From contig JANQKC010000031.1 of NCBI GenBank assembly GCA_028281325.1, positions 25,223 through 89,222 on the forward strand: DNA of 64,000 nucleotides, written 5' to 3'. Of the stretch, positions 45,320 through 53,278 are shown piece by piece. The notes beneath the pieces were generated by a model. The model had not been told where the DNA came from. It made no database searches and was given only the letters and a program-made list of their open reading frames with translations. The number at the start of each line of letters is the position of its first letter. The stretch's first letter is position 1. The stretch comes from Alphaproteobacteria bacterium (GTDB lineage: Bacteria > Pseudomonadota > Alphaproteobacteria > UBA8366). Position numbers and translations under genes: made by a program.

Positions 45320-47704
45320 ATGCAACGTAAGATCGCGTTTCAGTCCAATCAAGAAGATGTCGTTGATCGCCCGATTATCGACGTAACCCCGGAACCCGTG
45401 GATGAGGTCAGCCTTAGGGATGTTCTCGACCGGCTTCGTCGTCGTTGGGGGATCATGCTCGGTATCGTTTGTATCGCGCTGGTCATCACGACGGTATTCC
45501 TGTTTTCCGTCAAACCGACCTATACGGCGATGGGGCAGCTTCTGCTCGATAACCGCGCCAACCAGGTGACCAACATTCGCTCGGTCGTCGAGGCGTCGTC
45601 CTCGGATCTCGCCGACGTGCCGAACGAGGTCGAGATTCTCAAATCGAGCATCCTCGCCGGCATGGTGGTCGAGGAGCTTGGCCTGTACAAGGATCCGGAA
45701 TTCAACATCGCCCTGCGCGAAAAGAACCTCGAGGGTAAGTCGCCCTGGCAGCAGGTCATGTTCACCGTTGAAGAGGCTATTCAAGATTTCTTCCACGGTG
45801 AGGAAAAGGGCCCGCAGCTGAAGCCGGAGGACAAAAAGAAAATCGACGACCGGCTCGTCATCGGTACGCCGGCTGTTGACCGCGCCCATATCAACGAACG
45901 GTTCGCGAAGCACCTGACCATCAAGGCGACGGAGCGCGCGCGTATCATCGATGTGGAGTTCGAGTCCAAGGACCCGGTCAAGGCGTCGAACGTGGTCAAT
46001 GTCCTGATGCGCATCTATCTCGCCAATCAGGTTCAGTACCAGAAGCGCGGTATTCAGAAGGCCACGGAACGGCTGGAAAAAATTGTCGCCGAGCTGAAGG
46101 GCGAAGTGCTGGCCGCGGAAGATTCGGTGCAGGCGTTCCGCTCCCAGTCTCGCTTGATCGAAGCGAGGGGCACCAGCGTTACGGCGCAGCAGCTCGCGGA
46201 ATTGAACTCGCAGCTTGTGCAGGCTCGCGCCGACGAAGCGGCGGCGGCGGCTCGCTTGTCGCAGGTTTCCCGGTTGCTGAAGGTGCCGGGCAGCATGGAC
46301 GCGGCGCCGGATGTTTTGGCATCGCCGCTGATCCAGTCTTTGCGCAACACCGAAGTGACCCTCATTCGCGAGCGGTCGGATCTTTCAAGCCGGTATGGCG
46401 AGAAGCATCCGCGGATGATCAAGATTCGCACCGAGATCCGCGACTTGCGCAGCAAGATTCGGGAAGAGATCAACAAGATCGTCGAAGGGTTGTCGAATGA
46501 GGTGGCGGTTGCCCGGGCGAAGCTCTCGGCGTTGCAGCGCGGTCTCGGTAAACTCGAAGGCGAGGCGATCGACATCAACAAGTCGGAGATTCGGCTGCGC
46601 GAGCTGGAGCGGGAAGCGAACTCGAAGCGCGAACTGCACCGGACCTTCATCATCCGCCTGCGTGAGACGAGCGCGCGAGAGGAGATGATCGAGCCGACCG
46701 CCCGTGTCGTTTCCTTCGCCGAGCCGCCCCGCAAGCCGTCCTTCCCGAAGAAGGGCAAGACGCTGGCGATCGCCACGATGCTATCCGCTTTGTTCGCGAT
46801 TGCGGCGGCCTTGGTCCTCGAAGGATTGCGGCGCAATTTCGAGACGGCGGAAGAGGTGGAAAAGATCACCGGCTATCGGTGCCTCGGCGTGTTGCCGCGG
46901 ACGCAGAAGGCGCTCGCGACATTGCAGCCGGGTGAACACAAGCACCTTATGAACCCGTACTCACGTCTCAATCAGGCGATACAAAACGTCCGGTCGACCC
47001 TCTACCTCGCCAATGAGTCGCGCCATCCGAAGACGCTGCTCGTCACCTCGGCCTTGCCGCGGGAAGGGAAGTCGACCTTCGCGATGTGGTATGCGACCTT
47101 CTGTGCGAGCACGGGCAAGAAAGTCCTCTTGATCGATTGCGATTTCGAGCGTCCGAAGATTCACAAGATGCTGGGCGTCGGGAACGACGAGGGCTTGATC
47201 AACGTTTTCGCCGATAACCTGGACGTCAAGGATGTCATCCGTGACGACGCCAAGCGGGGGATCAGCTTCATCTCCGCCGGCAGCGGACATGGGAACGCGT
47301 CCAAGGTCATTGAATCGGCCAAGATGCAGGATATTCTCGACACGCTGGCGTGGGACTATGACTTGATCGTCATCGACTCGGCCCCGGTCCTGGCCCTTAC
47401 CGACGCGCATATCATCGCGAAGTTGGTGGACAGCACGGTCTTCGTTCTGCAGTGGCGACGGACGCGGCGCGACTTGGCCGTTGCCGCGGCGCGGCGGTTG
47501 GAGAGCATCGATGTGACGTCGCTCGGCGGCTTCATCCTGACGCAGGTGAGTCCCAGCAAGAGCGCCGGCGTCATCGGCTACTCGCCGTATACCAAGGACA
47601 TGGACGAGGGAACCGCCAGCGCGTTCAAGCGTTACATCCGGCGCCTCACCGGTCGGGGATCGTCGGCGGACGGCACGAAGATGCCGCCGCAGCTTGAGGC
47701 ATAG
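45320..47704 (+). CDS. wzc: polysaccharide co-polymerase fused to a BY-kinase-type P-loop ATPase (Wzc/GumC/ExoP-like)
   Basis: 794 aa. The N-terminal Wzz region contains SLRDVLDRLRRRWGIMLGIVCIALV. A long coiled-coil periplasmic segment follows, then a second TM helix. The ATPase has Walker A SALPREGKST, A' LLIDCDFERP and B LIVIDSAPVLALTDA. The C-terminus carries a few Tyr residues (GYSPYTKD...KRYIRR). Confidence 0.85.
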   Translation: MQRKIAFQSNQEDVVDRPIIDVTPEPVDEVSLRDVLDRLRRRWGIMLGIVCIALVITTVFLFSVKPTYTAMGQLLLDNRANQVTNIRSVVEASSSDLADVPNEVEILKSSILAGMVVEELGLYKDPEFNIALREKNLEGKSPWQQVMFTVEEAIQDFFHGEEKGPQLKPEDKKKIDDRLVIGTPAVDRAHINERFAKHLTIKATERARIIDVEFESKDPVKASNVVNVLMRIYLANQVQYQKRGIQKATERLEKIVAELKGEVLAAEDSVQAFRSQSRLIEARGTSVTAQQLAELNSQLVQARADEAAAAARLSQVSRLLKVPGSMDAAPDVLASPLIQSLRNTEVTLIRERSDLSSRYGEKHPRMIKIRTEIRDLRSKIREEINKIVEGLSNEVAVARAKLSALQRGLGKLEGEAIDINKSEIRLRELEREANSKRELHRTFIIRLRETSAREEMIEPTARVVSFAEPPRKPSFPKKGKTLAIATMLSALFAIAAALVLEGLRRNFETAEEVEKITGYRCLGVLPRTQKALATLQPGEHKHLMNPYSRLNQAIQNVRSTLYLANESRHPKTLLVTSALPREGKSTFAMWYATFCASTGKKVLLIDCDFERPKIHKMLGVGNDEGLINVFADNLDVKDVIRDDAKRGISFISAGSGHGNASKVIESAKMQDILDTLAWDYDLIVIDSAPVLALTDAHIIAKLVDSTVFVLQWRRTRRDLAVAAARRLESIDVTSLGGFILTQVSPSKSAGVIGYSPYTKDMDEGTASAFKRYIRRLTGRGSSADGTKMPPQLEA

Positions 47705-47739
47705 TCCTCGACGCCGTTGACGGAAGAAGCCAATTGGGG

Positions 47740-47770
47740 AAAGGCGGCGGATGTTTTCCGCCGCCTTTTC
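47740..47770 (+). terminator. rho-independent terminator after the wzc-like gene
   Basis: Stem AAGGCGGCGG (47741-47750) / CCGCCGCCTT (47758-47767), loop ATGTTTT, then a T-run. Confidence 0.65.
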
Positions 47771-47973
47771 GATTCCGCCATGGTCGCGATGGGCGTTGAC
47801 CGCGACCTTTCGCCCTGGGCCGTTCACGGCATTGTGCCAAGAAGATCAGGTCGGTAGGGTTGAAAGAGCCGGTCGGCTATTTAAGTGGTAGCTGCCACGG
47901 GAATTTATCCGTAGCATCTGATACTATCGCTGCGACCGGACATTTTAGATTCACCGAGGTTACCGAGATCGAC

Positions 47974-48498
47974 ATGCCAGCCAGACGGTTCCGCGTGCAC
48001 TGCCTGTATACCGCCTTGGCCGTTCTGCTCCTTTTGCCGGGGGGCGCGGCGAAGGCCGAACCCATGGTCATGGGTTGGATCGAGAGGGTTCAGATCGATC
48101 CTGGCGGTCTCATGATGGACGCGAAGATGGATACCGGCGCCAAGACCACCTCTATCGATGCGCAGGATATCAAAGAGTTCGATCGTGACGGGAAGAAATG
48201 GGTTCGTTTCACGGTCTCCAACAGGAAAGGGCGGACCGTGACCTTCGAGCAGCCGATCGTGCGCGTTGCGCGCATCCGGCGGGCGGAGATGAAGACCACG
48301 TCCCGTCCCGTTGTGATGTTGCCGCTGTGCATCGGGAATGTGCGCCAGGTGGTGGAGGTCAATTTGGCGAACCGTTCGCATCTGAATTATCCGTTGCTCG
48401 TGGGCCGGACAGCCATGACGGGGAAAGTGATCGTCGATTCTTCGCGCAAATACACCAACGATCCGATGTGTCAGGGACCAAAGCCGGGTAAAGGATGA
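47974..48498 (+). CDS. retropepsin-like 'ATP-dependent zinc protease' family protein (RimK-associated, DUF785/Zn_protease type)
   Basis: The likely start is ATG 47974 within ORF 47860..48498, giving the signal peptide MPARRFRVHCLYTALAVLLLLPGGAAKAEP. The family pattern is GWIERVQIDPGGLMMDAKMDTGAKTTSIDAQDIKEFDRDGKKWVRF. The stop overlaps the next gene's start (48495-48498). Confidence 0.75.
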   Translation: MPARRFRVHCLYTALAVLLLLPGGAAKAEPMVMGWIERVQIDPGGLMMDAKMDTGAKTTSIDAQDIKEFDRDGKKWVRFTVSNRKGRTVTFEQPIVRVARIRRAEMKTTSRPVVMLPLCIGNVRQVVEVNLANRSHLNYPLLVGRTAMTGKVIVDSSRKYTNDPMCQGPKPGKG

Positions 48499-50027
48499 AG
48501 AACACCCACCCGTATGTTCTTGCCGCCGTGTTGGCGGTGATCGGGATTTCCATCTTCGTTTACAAGTATGTCGGATTGGGGCTGCCGCTGACGGCGGGGG
48601 AGTCGTCGCAGACCTGGCAGATCGAGACGCGGCTCGCCTTCCGGGCGGGTATGGGGCCGACAAAGGTGGTGCTTCAGTACCCCAGCAATACCGGCCGCTT
48701 CGCGATTATCGACCAAAACTTCGTGGCGCCCGGTTATGGGCTTTTCACCCAGGTGCAGGATGAGAATCGCCAGTCGGTCTTCGCGATCCGCGATGCGCTG
48801 GGCGAACAGGTGCTCTATGCCAGCTTTGTCGCGCATCTCGTGCCGCGGTCGACGGAGTTCATTCCCATGGAAGAGTCGCCGCCGGAAGCGACGATCCGCC
48901 TCATCGGCGCCAAACTGTTGGCGGGGCAGTCGGTCTTGGATGCGGCGCGGGCAAAATCGGCCGATACGCCGACGCTGGTGCTGGCGGTTCTCTCGCGTCT
49001 CGGCTTGGCCGGGTCCGACGACCGGGTCGACGTGCTGCTCGACAACCGGAATTCGCCGGCGCTGGTCGCGGGCGCGGCGGTGGACGTTCTCGCCCTTGCG
49101 GGTATTCCCGCCCGCGTGGTGCACGGTGTCCGCCTTGTTCCGGGCGCGCGCAATGTCAATTTCATTCATTGGATCGAAGCTTATAGCGACGGGTTTTGGC
49201 GTCCTTACCGGTTGACGGCGCAGCAACCCGGATTACCGGAAAACTATTTTCCGTGGTGGCGGGGCGACGCGCCCTTCGTTGAATCGAATATCATGGGCAA
49301 CATCGATACGTTGGTGACGGTTGCCAGGGCCACGGAAACGACCGGCCGGTCGGCGCTGGTGCCGTTGAGTTTCATGGAGCGCAGCCTCTTGGACTTTTCG
49401 CTCCTGACGCTGCCGTTGGACGTCCAACAGGTGTTCCGCGTCATCCTCATGGTGCCGCTGGGTGTCCTGCTCCTCGTATTCCTGCGCAACGTCATCGGCG
49501 TCATCATGTTTGGAACTTTCATGCCGGTGCTGATCGGGCTGGCATTTCGCGAAACGACGCTACTGTGGGGATTGTTCCTGTTCACCGTCGTGGTCGGCGC
49601 CGGTCTGATGGTGCGCGTGTATCTGGAGTATCTGAAGCTGCTTGTGGTGCCGCGGCTCGCTTGCGTGCTGATCGTCGTGATCATCCTCATGACCTTCCTT
49701 AGCGTGTTGACGCACAAGCTGGGCGTGGACCGTGGCTTGTCGATCGCCTTGTTTCCGCTGGTGATCATCACGATGACCATCGAACGCATGTCGATCGTCT
49801 GGGACGAGAACGGGCCGGCGACGGCGTTGAAACAAGGCCTCGGCAGTCTCGTCGCCGCGTCATTATGCTATTCCGTGATGACGATCGAATATCTGGAGCA
49901 TCTGTTCTTCGTCTATCCGGAGATTTTGATCGTGTTACTGGCGATGTCGATCCTGCTCGGACGGTATAGCGGATACCGATTGCTGGAGCTTTGGCGCTTC
50001 CGGGAATTCGTCAAGGTGGCCAACTGA
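48495..50027 (+). CDS. inactive-transglutaminase domain fused to a 7-TM module (UUP1-type membrane protein)
   Basis: 510 aa. An N-terminal TM helix is followed by a periplasmic domain (GESSQTWQIETRLAFRAGMGPTKVVLQYPSNTGRFAIIDQNFVAPGYGLF). The C-terminal ~200 aa contain about 7 hydrophobic helices (VILMVPLGVLLLVFLRNVIGVIMFGTFMPVLIGLAF...). Confidence 0.7.
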   Translation: MKNTHPYVLAAVLAVIGISIFVYKYVGLGLPLTAGESSQTWQIETRLAFRAGMGPTKVVLQYPSNTGRFAIIDQNFVAPGYGLFTQVQDENRQSVFAIRDALGEQVLYASFVAHLVPRSTEFIPMEESPPEATIRLIGAKLLAGQSVLDAARAKSADTPTLVLAVLSRLGLAGSDDRVDVLLDNRNSPALVAGAAVDVLALAGIPARVVHGVRLVPGARNVNFIHWIEAYSDGFWRPYRLTAQQPGLPENYFPWWRGDAPFVESNIMGNIDTLVTVARATETTGRSALVPLSFMERSLLDFSLLTLPLDVQQVFRVILMVPLGVLLLVFLRNVIGVIMFGTFMPVLIGLAFRETTLLWGLFLFTVVVGAGLMVRVYLEYLKLLVVPRLACVLIVVIILMTFLSVLTHKLGVDRGLSIALFPLVIITMTIERMSIVWDENGPATALKQGLGSLVAASLCYSVMTIEYLEHLFFVYPEILIVLLAMSILLGRYSGYRLLELWRFREFVKVAN

Positions 50028-51013
50028 TGCTGCAGACACTCCGCAGTCTTAAGAAACTGGGTATTGTCGGGCTCAATGCCCGCAACGCCCAGTACATCCT
50101 GCCGAATAACGCGCGCGAGAATTATCCGGCGGTCGATGACAAGCTGTTGACCAAGGAGATTGCGATCGCGGCGGGGCTCGCGGTGCCGAAGCTCTACGAT
50201 GTCATTCGCATTAACCACGAGATCAAGGAGCTGGAAGATCGTATCGCGGGGATGGACGAATTCGTGATCAAGCCGGCGCAAGGCAGCGGCGGGGACGGGA
50301 TTCTCGTCGTCATCAGCCGGTCGGGCGATCGCTACCGGCTCGCCTCGGGTGAGATCCTGACGCTGGACGAAATCGGCTATCACGTGCACATGATCCTGGC
50401 GGGCGTCTATAGCCTGGGAGGCCAGCCGGACAAGGCGTTGATCGAGTATCGGGTTCGATTTGATCCGCTGTTCGAGAAGATCGCGTATCAGGGCGTTCCG
50501 GATGTTCGGATCATCACCTATCTTGGGGTTCCCGCCATGGCGATGGTTCGTTTGCCGACCCGTCAATCGCGGGGCCGGGCCAATCTCCATCAGGGCGCCA
50601 TCGGCGCCGGAATTGACATGGGGACGGGCATGACGCTGTCCGCGGTCTGGAACAGCCGCATGGTTTCCGAGCACCCGGACACGGGAAACCCCGTGTCGGA
50701 CCTGAAGATTCCCTATTGGGACGAGATGTTGCTGCTCGCCGCAAAGTCGCAGCAATTGACCAAACTCTGCTATCAGGGCATCGACATCGTTCTGGACCGG
50801 GACCTTGGGCCGCTCATCCTGGAAATGAATGCCCGACCCGGGCTGGCTATTCAGATTGCCAACCAGGCGGGGCTCAAACCCCGTTTCGACATCATTGATG
50901 CGCATGTCGGGACGCACGCGGACGAACCCGCCCGCGTCGTCTTCGCCAAGGAGCGGTTCAATGTCGCAGCATTGGCGTCTTCTTCAGGAACCGGTGGCGT
51001 CGCTCGGCGTTAA
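50027..51013 (+). CDS. alpha-L-glutamate-ligase-like (RimK-related) ATP-grasp protein
   Basis: The likely start ATG 50027 overlaps the upstream TGA (50025-50027). Motifs: LGIVGLNARNAQYILPNNARENYPAVDDKLLTKEIA, FVIKPAQGSGGDGILVV, GPLILEMNARPGLAIQ. Confidence 0.8.
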   Translation: MLQTLRSLKKLGIVGLNARNAQYILPNNARENYPAVDDKLLTKEIAIAAGLAVPKLYDVIRINHEIKELEDRIAGMDEFVIKPAQGSGGDGILVVISRSGDRYRLASGEILTLDEIGYHVHMILAGVYSLGGQPDKALIEYRVRFDPLFEKIAYQGVPDVRIITYLGVPAMAMVRLPTRQSRGRANLHQGAIGAGIDMGTGMTLSAVWNSRMVSEHPDTGNPVSDLKIPYWDEMLLLAAKSQQLTKLCYQGIDIVLDRDLGPLILEMNARPGLAIQIANQAGLKPRFDIIDAHVGTHADEPARVVFAKERFNVAALASSSGTGGVARR

Positions 51014-51318
51014 CCATGTAAGCTGAATGTGTCGGTGCCCGTCCGCCAGGTAGGCATCGGAAGTGAGGGCTTTAAAGCGAGTAGAATCAACGCTCAAACG
51101 GCAATTAGGCTTATAGAGCTACTCCTAAAGTATAGGATTGGCAAACTAAATTTAATTCAAAAGCAGTAATCTAAAATTCGTCCTAATTACCTCTAAATCT
51201 GAATATTCCCCAAACGGATAATTCGATACAGTAGTCAAATATTCGAAGGGATGAGGCCGTTGGGGTGGGGATGCTACCGACGGTCGAGAGTTTGAGAAAC
51301 GAATTCAGGGGTGTCGAA

Positions 51319-51918
51319 ATGAATTGTGTCTCAGTTGGCTTGGTCAGCAGCGACCAGTTTTTCCGCGAAGGCCTCAAGGCTCTATTGGAAGAGAACGGGT
51401 ACAAGGTCACCGCCAGTGTTGCCGATCAGCGGGAACTGGATGCGGCGATGTCGCCGGCCGACACGCCGGTCATGGTCCTCATCGACCTGGCTCGCGATAT
51501 CGATACGGCTGCCGATCAGCTTCGGTGCCTCAACAGCAATCTGCCGGGGGTGGGCATCGTTTCCTTCAGTGATGAGCGGGACGGTGACTGGCTGACGATC
51601 TGTGAGGACTACGAAGCGAGCGCTCTGTTGCGCAAACAGGTTTCTTTCAAGGCGCTGCTGCACTGTCTCGAATTGGTGATGATCGGCGAAAAGGTCATGC
51701 CGACCGACATGCCCCGGACCACGCGCGAGCGGTCCGGCGAGGCCGGCCACGGCGCGGTGCAAGGCCAGAGCGCCGAACCGAAAGGCGATGTCATCCCGTG
51801 CATGACCTGCGGCCAGCCCTTCGAGACCGAAGATCGGCGCACCAACCGAATCTGTTCCAGCTGCAAATCACGGATGTCGCGCATCAGCAGCGTGTCCGAG
51901 CATACGCTCCACTACTAA
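51319..51918 (+). CDS. receiver (REC)-like domain protein with a C-terminal CxxC...CxxC zinc-ribbon-like tail; no HTH
   Basis: The likely start is ATG 51319 within ORF 51265..51918. The NarL/FixJ-type REC layout is VGLVSSDQFFREGL (acidic pair degraded to S-D), VMVLIDL (candidate phospho-Asp), GIVSFS and SALLRKQ. The C-terminus is CMTCGQPFETEDRRTNRICSSC. Confidence 0.5.
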   Translation: MNCVSVGLVSSDQFFREGLKALLEENGYKVTASVADQRELDAAMSPADTPVMVLIDLARDIDTAADQLRCLNSNLPGVGIVSFSDERDGDWLTICEDYEASALLRKQVSFKALLHCLELVMIGEKVMPTDMPRTTRERSGEAGHGAVQGQSAEPKGDVIPCMTCGQPFETEDRRTNRICSSCKSRMSRISSVSEHTLHY

Positions 51919-51982
51919 TACATCTATCGCATAACTCCCTCGTGCGGCATGGACGCCGGATCGCTTTGTTGCGGTTCGGCGT

Positions 51983-53014
51983 TCAGCTTTTTGACCAGAC
52001 GATCGCGCGGTCGCCGTCTACCGTCAGGTCGACGCCGTGGTCGGCCGATGCGGTCCGCAGCAGCTCCAATTCGGTCTCTTCATCCTGCATGCTGCACAGA
52101 TAGGTTTCGTTCCGATCATTGTGCCGCACAAAGGAAAAGGCCGCCTGATCGAGTTGCCCGTCGGTGACGGATAGGTCGACCATCAGCCCGATCCAATCCG
52201 GGTGGAGCTTTCCCCAATGCCCGGTTTCGAAGGAAAAGCTGCCGAGTCCGTAAAACACCGGCTTGTCCTTATAGACCTCCATCGCGTTCGGGACATGCGG
52301 GCCGTGACCCATCACGATATCGGCGCCGGCATCGATGGCGGCATGGGCGATTTCCCGCTGGTACTGCAGCACCTCGCGGTTCAGGCCCCAATGATTGCTC
52401 GAGACGACAACGTCGGCGCGCTTCCTAAGGGCGGCGATATCCGCACGGAACTGGTCCAACGCGTCCGGCTCGGTCCATGTAATCACCTCCGGCGGCATGC
52501 CGGGGCGGGTGATGGTTCTGAGATTCTCGATCGGCGGTCGGTACGCGGTATGCGCCTTAAGCGTCGCGACACCGGCATAGTCGTCGGTCGCCGCATGGCC
52601 TTGGGAGTGGAACACCGACGTGCGTTGCATGAAACCGTATCGTACGCCGTTCCGTTCGATGATGATCGGTTGGGCGGCGGCTTCCCGGTTGATGCCCGCG
52701 CCGCAATGGGGCATGCCGGCGCGGTCCAGCGCCTGTAGCGATGATCGGATCGCCGGGGTGCCGAAGTTGACGTTGTTGGCGTTCCCGATTCCGTGGATAC
52801 CGGCGATGTTGAGCGCGTCGACAGTCGCCAATGGGGCGTAGAAACCTTCTTCGTCCACCGAACGTTCCTCCGCGGGCTCGTAGAAGCAGCATTCGAGATT
52901 GGCGAACACGACGTCGGCAGAGTGCAGCGTCTCTTTGATCTTGGCGAAGGGGATCGTGGGATCGGAAACCCCCATCAAGTTGATATCGCCGATCAAAATC
53001 ACTTTATGCTGCAT
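51983..53014 (-). CDS. CapA-family (PGA_cap) metallophosphoesterase-like protein
   Basis: 343 aa. Motifs: ILIGDINLMG, ADVVFANLECCF, IGNANNVNFG, and VVVSSNHWGLN...IVMGHGPH. No signal peptide is evident. Confidence 0.8.
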   Translation of the reverse strand: MQHKVILIGDINLMGVSDPTIPFAKIKETLHSADVVFANLECCFYEPAEERSVDEEGFYAPLATVDALNIAGIHGIGNANNVNFGTPAIRSSLQALDRAGMPHCGAGINREAAAQPIIIERNGVRYGFMQRTSVFHSQGHAATDDYAGVATLKAHTAYRPPIENLRTITRPGMPPEVITWTEPDALDQFRADIAALRKRADVVVSSNHWGLNREVLQYQREIAHAAIDAGADIVMGHGPHVPNAMEVYKDKPVFYGLGSFSFETGHWGKLHPDWIGLMVDLSVTDGQLDQAAFSFVRHNDRNETYLCSMQDEETELELLRTASADHGVDLTVDGDRAIVWSKS

Positions 53015-53239
53015 CGAAATTTGCCTTTCCTGACTCTTGGTTTTTCCGGGATCGCATGGTGCGACATGGACGGATTTGCGCGGCTATCCTACGCCAGGGC
53101 ATCATATCCGCGATCACCGACCCACACCAAATTGCGACAGATCAGGTGTCAGGTGATACGCGGTTTCCAGCCGTCGGCCGGCTTGGCATCCGGTTGCCGG
53201 AAGGAATGTGTTAAGAGCGTGGGGCACGCCGTCATGACG

Positions 53240-53266
53240 GCAAAAGCGGCCGAAGCCGCCTTTGCT
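53240..53266 (-). terminator. weak hairpin terminator after the tctA-tctB fusion gene
   Basis: On the minus strand the sequence reads GGCGGC-TTCG-GCCGC followed by TTTTG. It lies about 15 nt after the stop at 53279. The stem is short and imperfect. Confidence 0.35.
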
Positions 53267-53278
53267 TTTGATCGTAAG

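Noticed and set aside
41183-50917. Minus-strand ORFs opposite the export and triad genes (41183-42247, 42977-43747, 45188-45913, 46054-46869, 46961-47827, 47905-48663, 48471-49226, 49913-50917).
   Set aside because: These are shadow ORFs of plus-strand genes with clear signatures. No independent evidence supports them.
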